Shown piece by piece: positions 54,895-64,000 of a stretch of 64,000 bases of DNA. The DNA is taken from assembly GCA_002297935.1 (NCBI GenBank), contig DBLC01000097.1, forward strand, positions 13,156 through 77,155, written 5' to 3'. Made by a program: the position numbers and the translations under genes. Each line of letters begins with the position of its first letter. Position 1 is the first letter of the stretch. This DNA is from Dialister sp. UBA734. Lineage in GTDB: Bacteria > Bacillota > Negativicutes > Veillonellales > Dialisteraceae. The notes beneath the pieces were generated by a model. The model was not told where the DNA came from. It saw only the letters and a program-made list of their open reading frames with translations, and searched no databases.

Positions 54895-54971
54895 ATATCT
54901 AGAATGATTGACGGGAAATAGTCATATTTCTCGTTCTTGTTGTTTCAACCCATTTGAAAGGATGATGTATT

Positions 54972-55613
54972 ATGCCAAGAAGAATTGATCGAAGTGAACG
55001 TCCGTTAACCACCCGAGAAAAAGCCATTATTGATTTTATTCGTCAGAAAATCTTAGACTCCGGCTTCCCCCCTACTGTCCGTGAAATTTGTAAAGCCGTA
55101 GGTCTTCGTTCCACCTCTACGGTTCACGCCTATTTGTCTCGTCTGGAAAGTTTGGGCGTCATCAGAAGAGATCCATCCAGTTCCAGAGCCATTGAAATTG
55201 TAGGTGATGTGACCTGGAGAAATAAGAGATTGGTTCCTATGCCGGTGGTTGGGGCTGTCCGTGCGGGCGAACCGATTGTTGCGGATGAACACATTGAAGC
55301 GGTATTCCCTATGCCTGCTGAATTGATTGGCAAGAACAACAGCTGTTTTATGCTGGTAGTTCGCGGCGACAGCATGATCAATGCAGGAATCAATGAAGGA
55401 GACCTGCTGATTGTTTCTGAACAGGACTATGCAGAAAATGGCGATATCGTGGTAGCTCTGGTAGGCAACGATGATGCTACGGTCAAACGTTTCTTCAAAG
55501 AAGATGGACATGTCCGTCTGCAGCCAGAAAATGAAGCCTATGCTCCTATTATTACCAAAGAAGTCACCATTCGCGGCAAGGTCATTGGCTTGTATAGACA
55601 TATGGAACGGTAA
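54972..55613 (+). CDS. lexA: LexA repressor
   Basis: 213 aa. N-terminal winged HTH (PPTVREICKAVGLRSTSTVHAYLSRLE), cleavage site VGAVRAGEP (A-G), S24 peptidase VRGDSM...VKRF. Confidence 0.93.
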   Translation: MPRRIDRSERPLTTREKAIIDFIRQKILDSGFPPTVREICKAVGLRSTSTVHAYLSRLESLGVIRRDPSSSRAIEIVGDVTWRNKRLVPMPVVGAVRAGEPIVADEHIEAVFPMPAELIGKNNSCFMLVVRGDSMINAGINEGDLLIVSEQDYAENGDIVVALVGNDDATVKRFFKEDGHVRLQPENEAYAPIITKEVTIRGKVIGLYRHMER

Positions 55614-55667
55614 GTAGTTACAAGTTACTCAGGTTACTAAGGTTACTCACGTTCCTCGAATGTGCCG
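55614..55667 (+). repeat. Half copy of the ggttactca 9-mer element
   Basis: gtagttaca/agttactca/ggttactaa/ggttactca, then cgttcctcgaatgtgcc (reverse complement of the ggcacattcgaggaac core at 8255-8270). Confidence 0.6.
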
Positions 55668-55692
55668 ATGCTGCATGAATTGATTTATTCAT

Positions 55693-55739
55693 CGCAACAA
55701 AAAAGAACTGTGGATATTTCACAGTTCTTTTTTGTTGCG
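55693..55739. terminator. Long perfect hairpin, bidirectional terminator after lexA
   Basis: CGCAACAAAAAAGAACTGTG-gatattt-CACAGTTCTTTTTTGTTGCG (20-bp stem with internal A/T tracts). Confidence 0.7.
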
Positions 55740-55800
55740 ATTGGTTTTATGTAGTATATGTAGTAAATCACTGTGTATGAAAATGGTAGTTTTAATAGCA

Positions 55801-55965
55801 TGTTGCCCCTTGGAGAAGGGGCGGCGAAGCCGGGGATAGAGTGGCCTGAAGGGACACATTCAGCACTTTCGGATAATATTCATTACTCGCTTATCCAACA
55901 AAGGATTTTATCCCATTAGAGACGTCTATCCCCCTTGTATTCCCCCTTCTCCAAGGGGGAACGAG
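55801..55965. repeat. MITE-like element with about 38-bp imperfect terminal inverted repeats
   Basis: gttgCCCCTTGGAGAAGGGGcggcgaagccGGGGATAG (55801-38) versus CTATCCCCcttgtattCCCCCTTCTCCAAGGGGgaacg (55926-64). Each end is itself a small hairpin. Confidence 0.5.
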
Positions 55966-56275
55966 TTTTATACCGCCTGTGTAACAATGACTGGCTAGAT
56001 AACACATATCACGGCAGCTCGCTTGGCTCGAAATATGGCTTCACCGTTACGATGGGAAGCAGAAAGCCCTTTCCGCTGGTGCTGCGAGATTTCTCCACTC
56101 TCCTACACATCCAGATTCATTGCTTTTGCATCATCAAGCACGAATACGACCGGTCGAAATGACATTTATGGCAAGAGGCAGGTTCGAGAAAACTTCAGAA
56201 CCCTTAGAACCTTTAGAACCTTTTTCGCAAAAAAAATCATTGCATATTTCACTCAACTTAGGAGCATTACACTTT

Positions 56276-57151
56276 TTATTTCAACCGAATACGGCCTTCT
56301 GTCATAGTAATACGACCGGTTTTCAGCAAATGGCCTACGGCTCTTTTAAAAGCAGCTTTACTGATGCCCAAGGCATTTTTGATAAGCGTTGCATCGCTTT
56401 TATCGGTGAAAGGAAGTACGCCTTTGTGGGATTCCATGTAGGTCACCAAAAGGGCCATATCGCCTTCCATGGCGTGTTCTTTCTGGGGACGGAGCGACAG
56501 ATTGACGTGTCCATCTTTTCGAATATAGGAGACCCGGCCTTCGATTTCCATGCCCATATGGAAATTTTTAGGAGTTTCGGAACGATGGAGAAAGGCGATA
56601 TTTCTATTTCTTGTAATCAGGAAAAGCCCTTCTCCCGTTTCGTTATAAACGGTGCCGCTGACTTTGTCTCCCACTTTGACCCCTTCAAAGGGACGAGCGA
56701 TACGGCGCATGTCTTCGTCTACGTGCATGGTCACTGCCAAGCGGCCGGTTTTGTCTTCATAGAGTTTCACCCAAATGGATTGTCCTTCTTCTACGCGGCC
56801 AATCATTTGCGAGAAGGGAAGGAAAATGCCTCGTTCGGTGCCTACGTCTACGAAAGCACCGAAGCGGGTGGTCAGCATGACCGGTGCATAGCCGATGCCA
56901 TCGATGGCGATCTGTGGCAGGCGCATACTGGCAGTCAAGCGATGGTGCGGGTCATGGTAAAGAAATACTTTCACCGTATCTCCCACTTTCAGCGCCTGGG
57001 TCTGCTGGCCCTGGTGAAGCAGCACGTCGTCTTTGGAATCTCCGGTGCCGCCATCTAGAAATACCCCAAAGTTAGCTTCTCGAACCACCGGAAGGGTGGC
57101 AATGGAGTTTTCTTTCAGAAGAGACACTTTTTTATCTGCTGTATCATTCAT
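56276..57151 (-). CDS. cvfB: S1 RNA-binding domain protein (CvfB/YitL-like)
   Basis: About 291 aa from ATG 57151 (ATGAATGA overlap with the rsfS stop). Repeated S1-like segments (GVFLD..., GAFVDVG..., GLFLIT...) and a C-terminal winged-helix-like tail. Confidence 0.7.
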   Translation of the reverse strand: MNDTADKKVSLLKENSIATLPVVREANFGVFLDGGTGDSKDDVLLHQGQQTQALKVGDTVKVFLYHDPHHRLTASMRLPQIAIDGIGYAPVMLTTRFGAFVDVGTERGIFLPFSQMIGRVEEGQSIWVKLYEDKTGRLAVTMHVDEDMRRIARPFEGVKVGDKVSGTVYNETGEGLFLITRNRNIAFLHRSETPKNFHMGMEIEGRVSYIRKDGHVNLSLRPQKEHAMEGDMALLVTYMESHKGVLPFTDKSDATLIKNALGISKAAFKRAVGHLLKTGRITMTEGRIRLK

Positions 57152-57509
57152 GGGTTGGTTCCTTGTCATCTGCATCATGATATTCTTCGGTAGGTGCTTC
57201 TTTCCACAGGGTATCGAAGTCGAAACGTCTTCTTTCTTCATCGGTAAATACGTGAACAATCACATCGCCGAAGTCCAAGAGAATCCAATCCCCTTCTCTG
57301 TATCCTTCTTTGCGGATCGGGTGGAAACCAGCGGCTTCCATCTTTTCTTCCACTTCATCGGCAGCTGCCTGGGACTGTTTCTGGTTCCGTGTAGAAGCCA
57401 GAACAAAATAATCGGCAATAGAAGTGAGATCTCTCACATCCATTACTTTAATCAATACACTTTTTTTGCTAGACAACGCTTCACAAATAATTTCTAACTG
57501 TTTTTCCAT
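57144..57509 (-). CDS. rsfS: Ribosome silencing factor RsfS (iojap)
   Basis: 121 aa. DYFVLASTRNQKQSQAAADEV...WILLDFGDVIVHVF is typical of RsfS. Confidence 0.88.
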   Translation of the reverse strand: MEKQLEIICEALSSKKSVLIKVMDVRDLTSIADYFVLASTRNQKQSQAAADEVEEKMEAAGFHPIRKEGYREGDWILLDFGDVIVHVFTDEERRRFDFDTLWKEAPTEEYHDADDKEPTHE

Positions 57510-57654
57510 AGTTTTACTCCTTGAATTATAGAAATATAAGATTTGTCAGAACGAGAGTAAGAACATCACACGCCATGTGTAATATTTCTTATACGTAGTA
57601 AACAATAAAATACTTTGAGCTACTTACTGATAACTGCCCGCTTTATATAAAAGA

Positions 57655-57733
57655 GGGTATTGGGGCGCTTCCAAATTTTGTGCGCCCCTTCCACCACTAC
57701 GCACTCCGCACTACTCACTACGCACTTTTCCAC
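57655..57733 (+). repeat. Family A repeat, copy 2
   Basis: gggtattGGGGCGCttccaaattttgtGCGCCCCttccaccactacgcactccgcactactcactacgcac. Differs from the 5209 copy at only a few positions. Confidence 0.8.
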
Positions 57734-57755
57734 AAAAGGCGAATAAACGCCTATT

Positions 57756-58634
57756 TTATTCCATAGTCAAAGCAATGACTTTTTGTGCTTCCACCGGATT
57801 GACTACCCAAGCCGGTTCTTTGCCGCTTTTCTGCAATTCCCCTGGGAAGATGATAAATTTGCAATTGGACGGTGGGAATTTGGTCAAATGATAGGCCAGA
57901 TTTCCTGCTTCTTCTGAGGAAATATCGGTTTCCACGGCACTCCAATAGTATTTCACTGCGGCCCAATTATAAATAGAGCTGGAGGCTTGCATTTTTTCCA
58001 GCACGGTCTTCATGAACCGTTCCTGTCGTTGAATGCGGCCCACTTCTCCGTTTTCGGTATCAATGTAGCGCACATAGCCCAAGCCGGCATCGGCCTGTAA
58101 AGACTGATAGCCCTGATAAATTTCAATATCCGATACCCCATTAGCATCGCTGTGTTCCATTGATTTTTCTACATACATGTCTACCGGGCCCCAATGGGAC
58201 ATGTAATTTTTAAAATCGGCGAAGTTGATCACTGCATATTTGTCGATTCGAATGTGCAGCAAGTTCTCGATGGCACTTTTGGTTTCTTCCGAGCCCCCTT
58301 CTGACAAGGTCTGCCGAAGGAGCATGTATTTTCCTTCCTGTCTGTGAGGAATTTTTGTATTGGACGGAATGGAAATGAAAACCGCCTGTTCCTTTTTATC
58401 ATTTCGTGCCATCAGCAGCACCGTATCTGCTTCATTGCCGGCCTTTTCATCGGTTCCGATAAAGAGGTAATACATTGGCTGCCCTGCCTCTTCTGCCGAA
58501 CGGGCAGACAGGTGGTGAACGGTCTTTGTCATGCCGAAAACCAAGAGAGCCAGCACCGCCAATACAGCTACGATAAAGAGAGCCAGCTTTTTTAAACGAA
58601 TCCGACTTTTTCTTCTTTTATTTGTTTTCATCAT
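57756..58634 (-). CDS. LytR-CpsA-Psr (LCP) family protein
   Basis: 292 aa. N-terminal TM, then YYLFIGTDE...DTVLLMARNDK...ISIPSNTKI, typical of LCP. Confidence 0.75.
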   Translation of the reverse strand: MMKTNKRRKSRIRLKKLALFIVAVLAVLALLVFGMTKTVHHLSARSAEEAGQPMYYLFIGTDEKAGNEADTVLLMARNDKKEQAVFISIPSNTKIPHRQEGKYMLLRQTLSEGGSEETKSAIENLLHIRIDKYAVINFADFKNYMSHWGPVDMYVEKSMEHSDANGVSDIEIYQGYQSLQADAGLGYVRYIDTENGEVGRIQRQERFMKTVLEKMQASSSIYNWAAVKYYWSAVETDISSEEAGNLAYHLTKFPPSNCKFIIFPGELQKSGKEPAWVVNPVEAQKVIALTME

Positions 58635-59205
58635 GGTTTGCTTGCATACGAAGAACTAAATCATTTCTTCCTAAAAATGTTAAATCGTAAATATAAGCCT
58701 CTTGTTCCAGCAGGTGAGAAATGGTGGAATCATAGGCCGCCAAAACGGCTTCATCCAAATTCTTTTCTGCTTTCTTCCGAAGCTTATCCACACCGGGAAA
58801 ATCTCGGCTCGGCTCGATATAATCGGCCAGGAAAATAATTTTTTCTAACAAAGTCATGCCCGGCTGCCCGGTGGTATGGAAATAAATGGCACTGGCAATG
58901 TCCTTGTCATCCACGCCATAGAGGCTGCGGGCCAGGAGACTTCCGCACGGACCATGAAGAAGAGCCCGGCTCTGCATCATCTGCCCATCCAGTGTGAGTC
59001 CATTGTCTTTGATGATCGATTGCATGTCTGCCAAAGACAATTCCTTGGCGCAATCATGAATCCAGCCGGCCAAGTAGGCTTTCTCTGGATCGGCCCCATA
59101 TTTCTTAGCCAAATGTTTTGCCATATCCGCCACACCGGCAGAATGTTTAAACCGTTTGGCCGATAATTTCTTTTTCAAATCCGATTGAATCTGTTCCAGT
59201 TTCAT
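58618..59205 (-). CDS. yqeK: HD-domain bis(5'-nucleosyl)-tetraphosphatase YqeK
   Basis: 195 aa. HSAGVADMAKHLA...GWIHDCAKE. Located downstream of nadD as in other Firmicutes. Confidence 0.8.
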   Translation of the reverse strand: MKLEQIQSDLKKKLSAKRFKHSAGVADMAKHLAKKYGADPEKAYLAGWIHDCAKELSLADMQSIIKDNGLTLDGQMMQSRALLHGPCGSLLARSLYGVDDKDIASAIYFHTTGQPGMTLLEKIIFLADYIEPSRDFPGVDKLRKKAEKNLDEAVLAAYDSTISHLLEQEAYIYDLTFLGRNDLVLRMQANHDENK

Positions 59206-59816
59206 GACTCATACCCTTCATAAAGATGATATTTTTTTATATACCCAATCACCGCATCCGGAATAAAATAACGGACCGACTTGCTTTCCGCGATGCGATT
59301 TCGCAAAATGGTAGAAGAAATCGCCAGCTCTGGGGTGCGAAGGAAATGAATCTTCCGCTGCCCTAAGGCACCAAAATAGGCAATAGACTGCTCAATTCGC
59401 TCTTCATTGCCGGGGCGGCTGGCACAAATGAAATGACAGGCTTCCAGCAACTCCCGATTGTATTTCCAAGTCGGCAAATCGGCCACCGCATCGGTGCCGC
59501 AAATGAAATAAAACTCATAGGCGTCGCCGTATTTCTGCTGCAGCAAATGAATCGTATCCACCGTATAAGATGGACCGGTCCGATCTTTTTCTATGGAAGA
59601 AATACAAAAATGGGGATTCCCCTCAATGGCTTTTTTCACCATTTCATACCGAAGCTCTTTGTCAATGTGGTGCATATCTTTGTTGGGCGTGTCCCCGGAA
59701 GGAATGAAAACCACCTTTTCCAAGTGAAATTCTTGCCAAGCGGCTTCGGCAATCACCAAGTGTCCGATATGAATGGGATTGAATGAACCACCAAAGATTC
59801 CTACCCGTTTAGCCAT
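59202..59816 (-). CDS. nadD: Nicotinate-nucleotide adenylyltransferase
   Basis: 204 aa from MAKRVGIFGGSFNPIHIGHL (ATG 59816). ISSTILR motif near the C-terminus. Confidence 0.88.
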   Translation of the reverse strand: MAKRVGIFGGSFNPIHIGHLVIAEAAWQEFHLEKVVFIPSGDTPNKDMHHIDKELRYEMVKKAIEGNPHFCISSIEKDRTGPSYTVDTIHLLQQKYGDAYEFYFICGTDAVADLPTWKYNRELLEACHFICASRPGNEERIEQSIAYFGALGQRKIHFLRTPELAISSTILRNRIAESKSVRYFIPDAVIGYIKKYHLYEGYES

Positions 59817-59968
59817 AGATATAACACCGCTTCCGCAAGCAAAATACACACCAACCAAAATCCCAACAGCTCCACGATATGAGACAATTCAAATCGTCCC
59901 TTGGGATGTTTGGTGTAATAATAAATCATCCACTTCACTTTTTCTGAAAATTTCATAGGTTGTCGCCG

Positions 59969-61111
59969 TTATTTCATGATCAGCAAATTGTCTCGGTGAA
60001 TGACCGTATCATACGGCGCTTCTGTGCCCAGTGCCTCGGCCAGCTTCTCTGTGCGAAGTCCCTTCATGAGATTCACATCACTGGCGCTGTAATGGGAAAT
60101 CCCACGAGCCAGCTCCTGGTTATGGAAATACACCGCCACCGTATCGCCTTCCAAGAAATTGCCTTCTGTGCCTACGATGCCCACAGGGAGCAAACTGGAA
60201 CCTTTTTCGAGCAGCGCCTTCTTGCAGCCTTCGTCCACAAAAATTTTCCCCTTCACCGCTGTGCCGATGATGATATCCCGCTTTTTCAGCTGAGGATGTA
60301 CATTTTCACCACGGAATAAAGTACCTATTTCCTCGCTGTCCATGATGCGTTCCAGCACATCTTCCTCATCACTTTTCGCGATAATCATATCGATACCGGA
60401 ATGGACACAAATCTCTGCGGCCTGGATTTTGGTGTACATACCGCCGGTTCCCCGGGCGGTCCCGGCACCGCCGGCTATCGCAAAGAGCTCTCTCGTAAAC
60501 TCTGGCACTTCATGAATCAAAGTGGCATCCGGATGGTTCTTCGGGTCTTTATCATAAAGGCCTTGGATATCCGACAGAATGATCAGCAAATCCGCTTCCG
60601 CCACGCTGGCTACGATGGCCGACAAGGTGTCATTGTCACCAATTTTTATTTCATCAGCCGAAACCGCATCATTCTCATTGACAATCGGGATAGCGCCCAA
60701 TTCCAAAAGCGCCTGCAAAGTGCCTCTCATATGCAAGTACCGCTTGGAATTGACCGCATCCCCTTTGGTGAAAAGAAGCTGCGCCACAATTTGCCCGTAT
60801 TCATGGAAAAGGTGCTCGTACATATTCATCAACACACCTTGCCCCACAGCAGCACAAGCCTGTTTATAAGGCAAGAACGTCGGTTTTTCCTTAAATCCCA
60901 GCACAGGCAGCCCGACCCCAATGGCCCCAGAAGTCACCAGAATGACCTCCAGCCCGCGGTTCTTTAAGTCCGACAACTGCCTGGTCAAATGGTCCATGTA
61001 GCGGAAATTGACTTTTCCATTATCATAGGTCAGAGAACTGGTTCCTACTTTGACTACAATACGCTTTTTCTTTCCAATCGTTTCTCGATTTCCCGTTGTA
61101 AGATATTTCAT
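59969..61111 (-). CDS. proB: Glutamate 5-kinase (with PUA domain)
   Basis: 380 aa. IVVKVGTSSLT, VILVTSGAIGVG, GDNDTLSA blocks. C-terminal PUA-like region. Confidence 0.9.
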   Translation of the reverse strand: MKYLTTGNRETIGKKKRIVVKVGTSSLTYDNGKVNFRYMDHLTRQLSDLKNRGLEVILVTSGAIGVGLPVLGFKEKPTFLPYKQACAAVGQGVLMNMYEHLFHEYGQIVAQLLFTKGDAVNSKRYLHMRGTLQALLELGAIPIVNENDAVSADEIKIGDNDTLSAIVASVAEADLLIILSDIQGLYDKDPKNHPDATLIHEVPEFTRELFAIAGGAGTARGTGGMYTKIQAAEICVHSGIDMIIAKSDEEDVLERIMDSEEIGTLFRGENVHPQLKKRDIIIGTAVKGKIFVDEGCKKALLEKGSSLLPVGIVGTEGNFLEGDTVAVYFHNQELARGISHYSASDVNLMKGLRTEKLAEALGTEAPYDTVIHRDNLLIMK

Positions 61112-61368
61112 AATGAGACGTCTCTTTTTTTCACTCTACATCACTGTATGGTATTCTTCACAAAGTGTCCGAATTGTTCCATTGCAGAAAGGTTCGTGAC
61201 ACCGCACTTCGACTATTTATTTTAGCATACCATAAAGGTATTTCATAGGGGAATTGCCTGTGTTTCTCTAGTGGATGTTCGTTAATTCATGCGCTCTATA
61301 TTTGTGAAATATGGCTATTCTAATGTATAGAAATAGTTGCTCCCCCCTTACATATCTTTACACTCACT

Positions 61369-61432
61369 GTTGTCAGTTGTTAGTTGTTGGTTGTTTGGCT
61401 CCAGACAACTAACAACCAACAACAATGGCGAA
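61369..61432. repeat. gttgtt-word hairpin downstream of the chorismate mutase gene
   Basis: gttgtca/gttgtta/gttgttg/gttgttt-ggctcc-agacaac/taacaac/caacaac. Imperfect long hairpin. Confidence 0.6.
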
Positions 61433-61485
61433 TCCAGTTTCTTACTAGTGAATTCATAAGCCGCTACTCTCCAAGGAAATACTTC

Positions 61486-62061
61486 TTATTCACACTTCAA
61501 AATCTGGAAATCCTGACTTTCTTTGGACAGTTGGAACATCAACTTCTGCATCGACGTTTCATGGAGATTTCCCAGGATTGTCAATTCAAAGGATACGGTC
61601 TGGGCGGTTTTATCGAAACCAAGGAGTTCCATATATTTCATGTTGTACCCATAATCGCCGACCATACTCAAAATGCTGCTCATAGCATTGGGATGGTCCG
61701 GCCGCGTGAGACGAGCCACCACTTGGGTACACCGTTCCGGAATGGTCACAGTCTCCACCAACTGGGCAAACAAGTCCGGATTCCAATCAAAAAGCATCCC
61801 ATACTGGTACATGCGACTAGTTTCCATAATCTTGCGAATGACAGAAATATATTCAGCTTTCCGGTTGTCCGGCACCTCTTCGGATAATCTAGCAATAATG
61901 GCCTGCTCCCGATCGGCCCGATACACATTGGTTTCGCCGGCTTCCTGCTTTGCTTCTGCTACCATTTGGGAACAATCCAGTCGTTCCATCAAAAGTTCCC
62001 GAATCTGGGGATCAATGGCATCAATTTTTTTACGGACCTCTTCTAATTTCATTTCCATCAT
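61486..62061 (-). CDS. Chorismate mutase (AroQ type) with C-terminal ACT-like domain
   Basis: 191 aa. LEEVRKKIDAIDPQIRELLMERLDCSQMVAEAK is the AroQ helix 1 pattern. The C-terminal about 90 aa look like a small-ligand-binding ACT fold (inference). Confidence 0.7.
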   Translation of the reverse strand: MMEMKLEEVRKKIDAIDPQIRELLMERLDCSQMVAEAKQEAGETNVYRADREQAIIARLSEEVPDNRKAEYISVIRKIMETSRMYQYGMLFDWNPDLFAQLVETVTIPERCTQVVARLTRPDHPNAMSSILSMVGDYGYNMKYMELLGFDKTAQTVSFELTILGNLHETSMQKLMFQLSKESQDFQILKCE

Positions 62062-63085
62062 CCTTTCCTACCATGCTATATAGACTTTGGTTAATATCTT
62101 GCTTAATTTTTTCCAATCTATCCTTATCGTAAGGTATGTCTAACCAGGCAGAAGTGCTATCATTATTCGAATAATAAAAATTCTCAACTTTCCCCGTATC
62201 TATATTGTAAATACTCACAGTAAATGCAGTAAACACATCATTTCCAAGTAAATAAGACCATGTATAGTCAGTGTCTAACGGCGTAGCACCTCCACCACCT
62301 TTGGGCATAAGTTCTAATAATATGCCATTTCGATTGTTCCCATAATTGACAAATGAAAACTTTGAAAACAGTTTTAGTGTTCCTGTTGCTAAATCCATCA
62401 CATACGTATCCCTATTTGGTGTATCTACCAAAACAGATTTTCCCACATCATACCAACCTGCCAAGCGCATATCATCCGGTAAATAGGATAAAATAGTATC
62501 TTTACTCTCTGAATAGGCTCTAATTTCATTGTTACACTGATAAATAATCCCATTTTGATAGGGATAGACCCGCTTTTTATTCAAGCCGAAATCTTTAACC
62601 TGCCGAAGAGCTTTGGTAATATCATCTATTTCATAAAGTTTTTGATCCAATTTTAGAAAGAGAGACTTTCTGCTTTTAATAAACCCACTACATGCCCAAT
62701 TTTGACAGCTCAAATTATCTGCAATTTGATTTATACCAGCAGGAGACACATAAAGCAATTTTAACTTTGGACTTTTTTCGGTTTCAGTAGCTATCACATA
62801 AAATCCATTTCCATCAAAGAAGATGGAGTCAATGGACCCTATCTCGATATACTTCTTTACAAAAGTGAAATCAAATTCTACATAGTCACTGACATCATTA
62901 GGATTCAGCAAAATCAAGTGATTACCCTCAAAATTTTCACCACTTTTCCAAGTTGATATAGTTCCGTTCAACCTTGAGTTATTGGTATAATTTTGGTACA
63001 CGATACACTCGTTTCTCCAAATAAAACCAACTCCCCAAAGAAGAACTGCACCTATAAACAAGGCGATAGCAATTCGTTTTCTCAT
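62030..63085 (-). CDS. Hypothetical membrane-anchored protein (AT-rich segment)
   Basis: 351 aa with an N-terminal TM. No motif recognised. 3' end overlaps the chorismate mutase start by 32 nt. Confidence 0.55.
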   Translation of the reverse strand: MRKRIAIALFIGAVLLWGVGFIWRNECIVYQNYTNNSRLNGTISTWKSGENFEGNHLILLNPNDVSDYVEFDFTFVKKYIEIGSIDSIFFDGNGFYVIATETEKSPKLKLLYVSPAGINQIADNLSCQNWACSGFIKSRKSLFLKLDQKLYEIDDITKALRQVKDFGLNKKRVYPYQNGIIYQCNNEIRAYSESKDTILSYLPDDMRLAGWYDVGKSVLVDTPNRDTYVMDLATGTLKLFSKFSFVNYGNNRNGILLELMPKGGGGATPLDTDYTWSYLLGNDVFTAFTVSIYNIDTGKVENFYYSNNDSTSAWLDIPYDKDRLEKIKQDINQSLYSMVGKDDGNEIRRGP

Positions 63086-63151
63086 TTTTCTACCTTATAG
63101 TCTCAATTTAAACATTTTACTCAAGAAACATGGACCCAACTGCTAGCATAA

Positions 63152-63541
63152 TTAGATAAATTCCACAACCAATGCATAATTTGATAATTTCCAATATTTC
63201 TTTCTTCCCTGCATTGATTTAGATGTAATCATTGGATTTTCTGGCAATAATTTCAATGATATGCCTATAAAAATTGTTCCAAGACTCCAGATAAAAAAAG
63301 CAATACTCACAATCATATTTGTATCCGTTGTTTCTTTATTTACTAGGTAAGGTAAAATTAACGGCCAAAAGAAAAACAGAAAACTACCAAAATACGCAAA
63401 GAACCTATAGGCAAAAGGATACTTTCTTTCACGAATATATCTTTTCCCTAAGTATAACAGCCAAAAAAGATAAAAGGCTACTATTGTTAGCCCACGGAGA
63501 TCATAATAGTGAAAATCCAGAATATCATTAATATTAATCAT
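63152..63541 (-). CDS. Hypothetical polytopic membrane protein
   Basis: 129 aa, about 4 hydrophobic helices. Confidence 0.5.
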   Translation of the reverse strand: MININDILDFHYYDLRGLTIVAFYLFWLLYLGKRYIRERKYPFAYRFFAYFGSFLFFFWPLILPYLVNKETTDTNMIVSIAFFIWSLGTIFIGISLKLLPENPMITSKSMQGRKKYWKLSNYALVVEFI

Positions 63542-63586
63542 AATTATTTTCTCCTACTACTATCTTTCATCAACTGTATATCTTGA

Positions 63587-64000
63587 TCAGTGGCATTTTA
63601 CTAAGTGCATGGTTTCCACACAGGCTTGCTTGAGTATAGGGAGAGATAACTGTTCCTCCCCGGCTTTCAGGTTCATATTTTTCATCTTCACATACTTTTT
63701 GCGAAGCGTATCTATCTGATTGTACTTCTGCACTCGATGGAGCCGTGTCGTTATATCTCCGCAGCGTCCCGGCATACTCCACCAACCATAGGATGTATTT
63801 TCTTTATTATATAAGAGCCTCACAAATCCGACATTTCCTTGATTCCGATGTAAAATCTCTACATTCAACACAAAATTCTCCCCTTGGGCTGTTGTAAAGG
63901 TATAGCGAAGGTTAGCCACTCGTTTCTTATGGATATCATCGCCTCTTGCCTTACAATAATTTTGAATGGTTGTGTCTATGAGAGAGCGAACCTTTTGGGG
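63587..64000 (-). CDS. Hypothetical protein, 5' end beyond window
   Basis: The frame stays open from 63919 (a GTG in the ORF track) to the window edge (27 further sense codons). No motif recognised. Confidence 0.4.
   Translation of the reverse strand, partial: PQKVRSLIDTTIQNYCKARGDDIHKKRVANLRYTFTTAQGENFVLNVEILHRNQGNVGFVRLLYNKENTSYGWWSMPGRCGDITTRLHRVQKYNQIDTLRKKYVKMKNMNLKAGEEQLSLPILKQACVETMHLVKCH

Noticed and set aside
55614-56275. A housekeeping ncRNA (tmRNA, RNase P, SRP or 6S) in the long gap after lexA.
   Set aside because: None of the conserved cores I know (for example the tmRNA 5' GGGG...tag ORF, RNase P GGAAAGUCCGG, SRP GGAAGCAGCC) is present on either strand. This needs an Infernal scan to be sure.
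56120-57058. 312-aa plus-strand ORF opposite cvfB.
   Set aside because: It is antisense to a gene with clear S1-domain repeats. The translation is low-complexity, His/Phe-rich and implausible.

Overview
This 64-kb window is a Firmicutes-type chromosome segment carrying one complete prophage. A spanin-like lysis gene and the gene content suggest a diderm, Negativicutes-like host, but that is inference only.

Left flank (1-11.1 kb): pcrA, ligA, an FKBP PPIase, hslO and a SAM-recycling / methionine-salvage cluster (mtnP, mtnA, ahcY, mtaD).

Prophage (11,934-53,010, about 41.1 kb): it is temperate, bounded by a perfect 21-bp direct repeat, and has GGTGGCAA arm-type repeats just inside both ends. 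Its virion module looks podovirus / BPP-1-like: terS, terL, portal, scaffold, capsid, cement-like protein, tail tubular A/B-like proteins and internal virion proteins.

The prophage carries several notable items:
- A complete diversity-generating retroelement (target-VR, avd-like gene, TR, RT). All 13 TR/VR mismatches fall on TR adenines.
- A 10.7-kb gene for a roughly 3,555-aa virion-module protein with two HExxH motifs.
- A holin, amidase and spanin-like lysis cassette.
- An HUH rolling-circle Rep plus SSB early module, with a candidate antisense sRNA and attenuator upstream of rep.
- A YneA-like LysM gene.
- A lysogeny-side pair, DUF4231/SLATT-like 2TM protein plus TIR-like (DUF1863-like) protein. 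It sits between the CI-like repressor and the integrase and is split by an antisense PGDYG-like gene. This is my best candidate for an uncharacterised defence module.

Right flank: a Cre-like tyrosine recombinase, a divergent yneA-like / lexA pair, cvfB-rsfS, an LCP gene, yqeK-nadD, proB, a chorismate mutase, and a visibly AT-richer segment of unknown membrane proteins.

Host intergenic regions, but not the prophage, are filled with hairpins built from tandem 7- or 9-nt words. All functional calls come from reading the translations and the DNA by eye; no database search was run.
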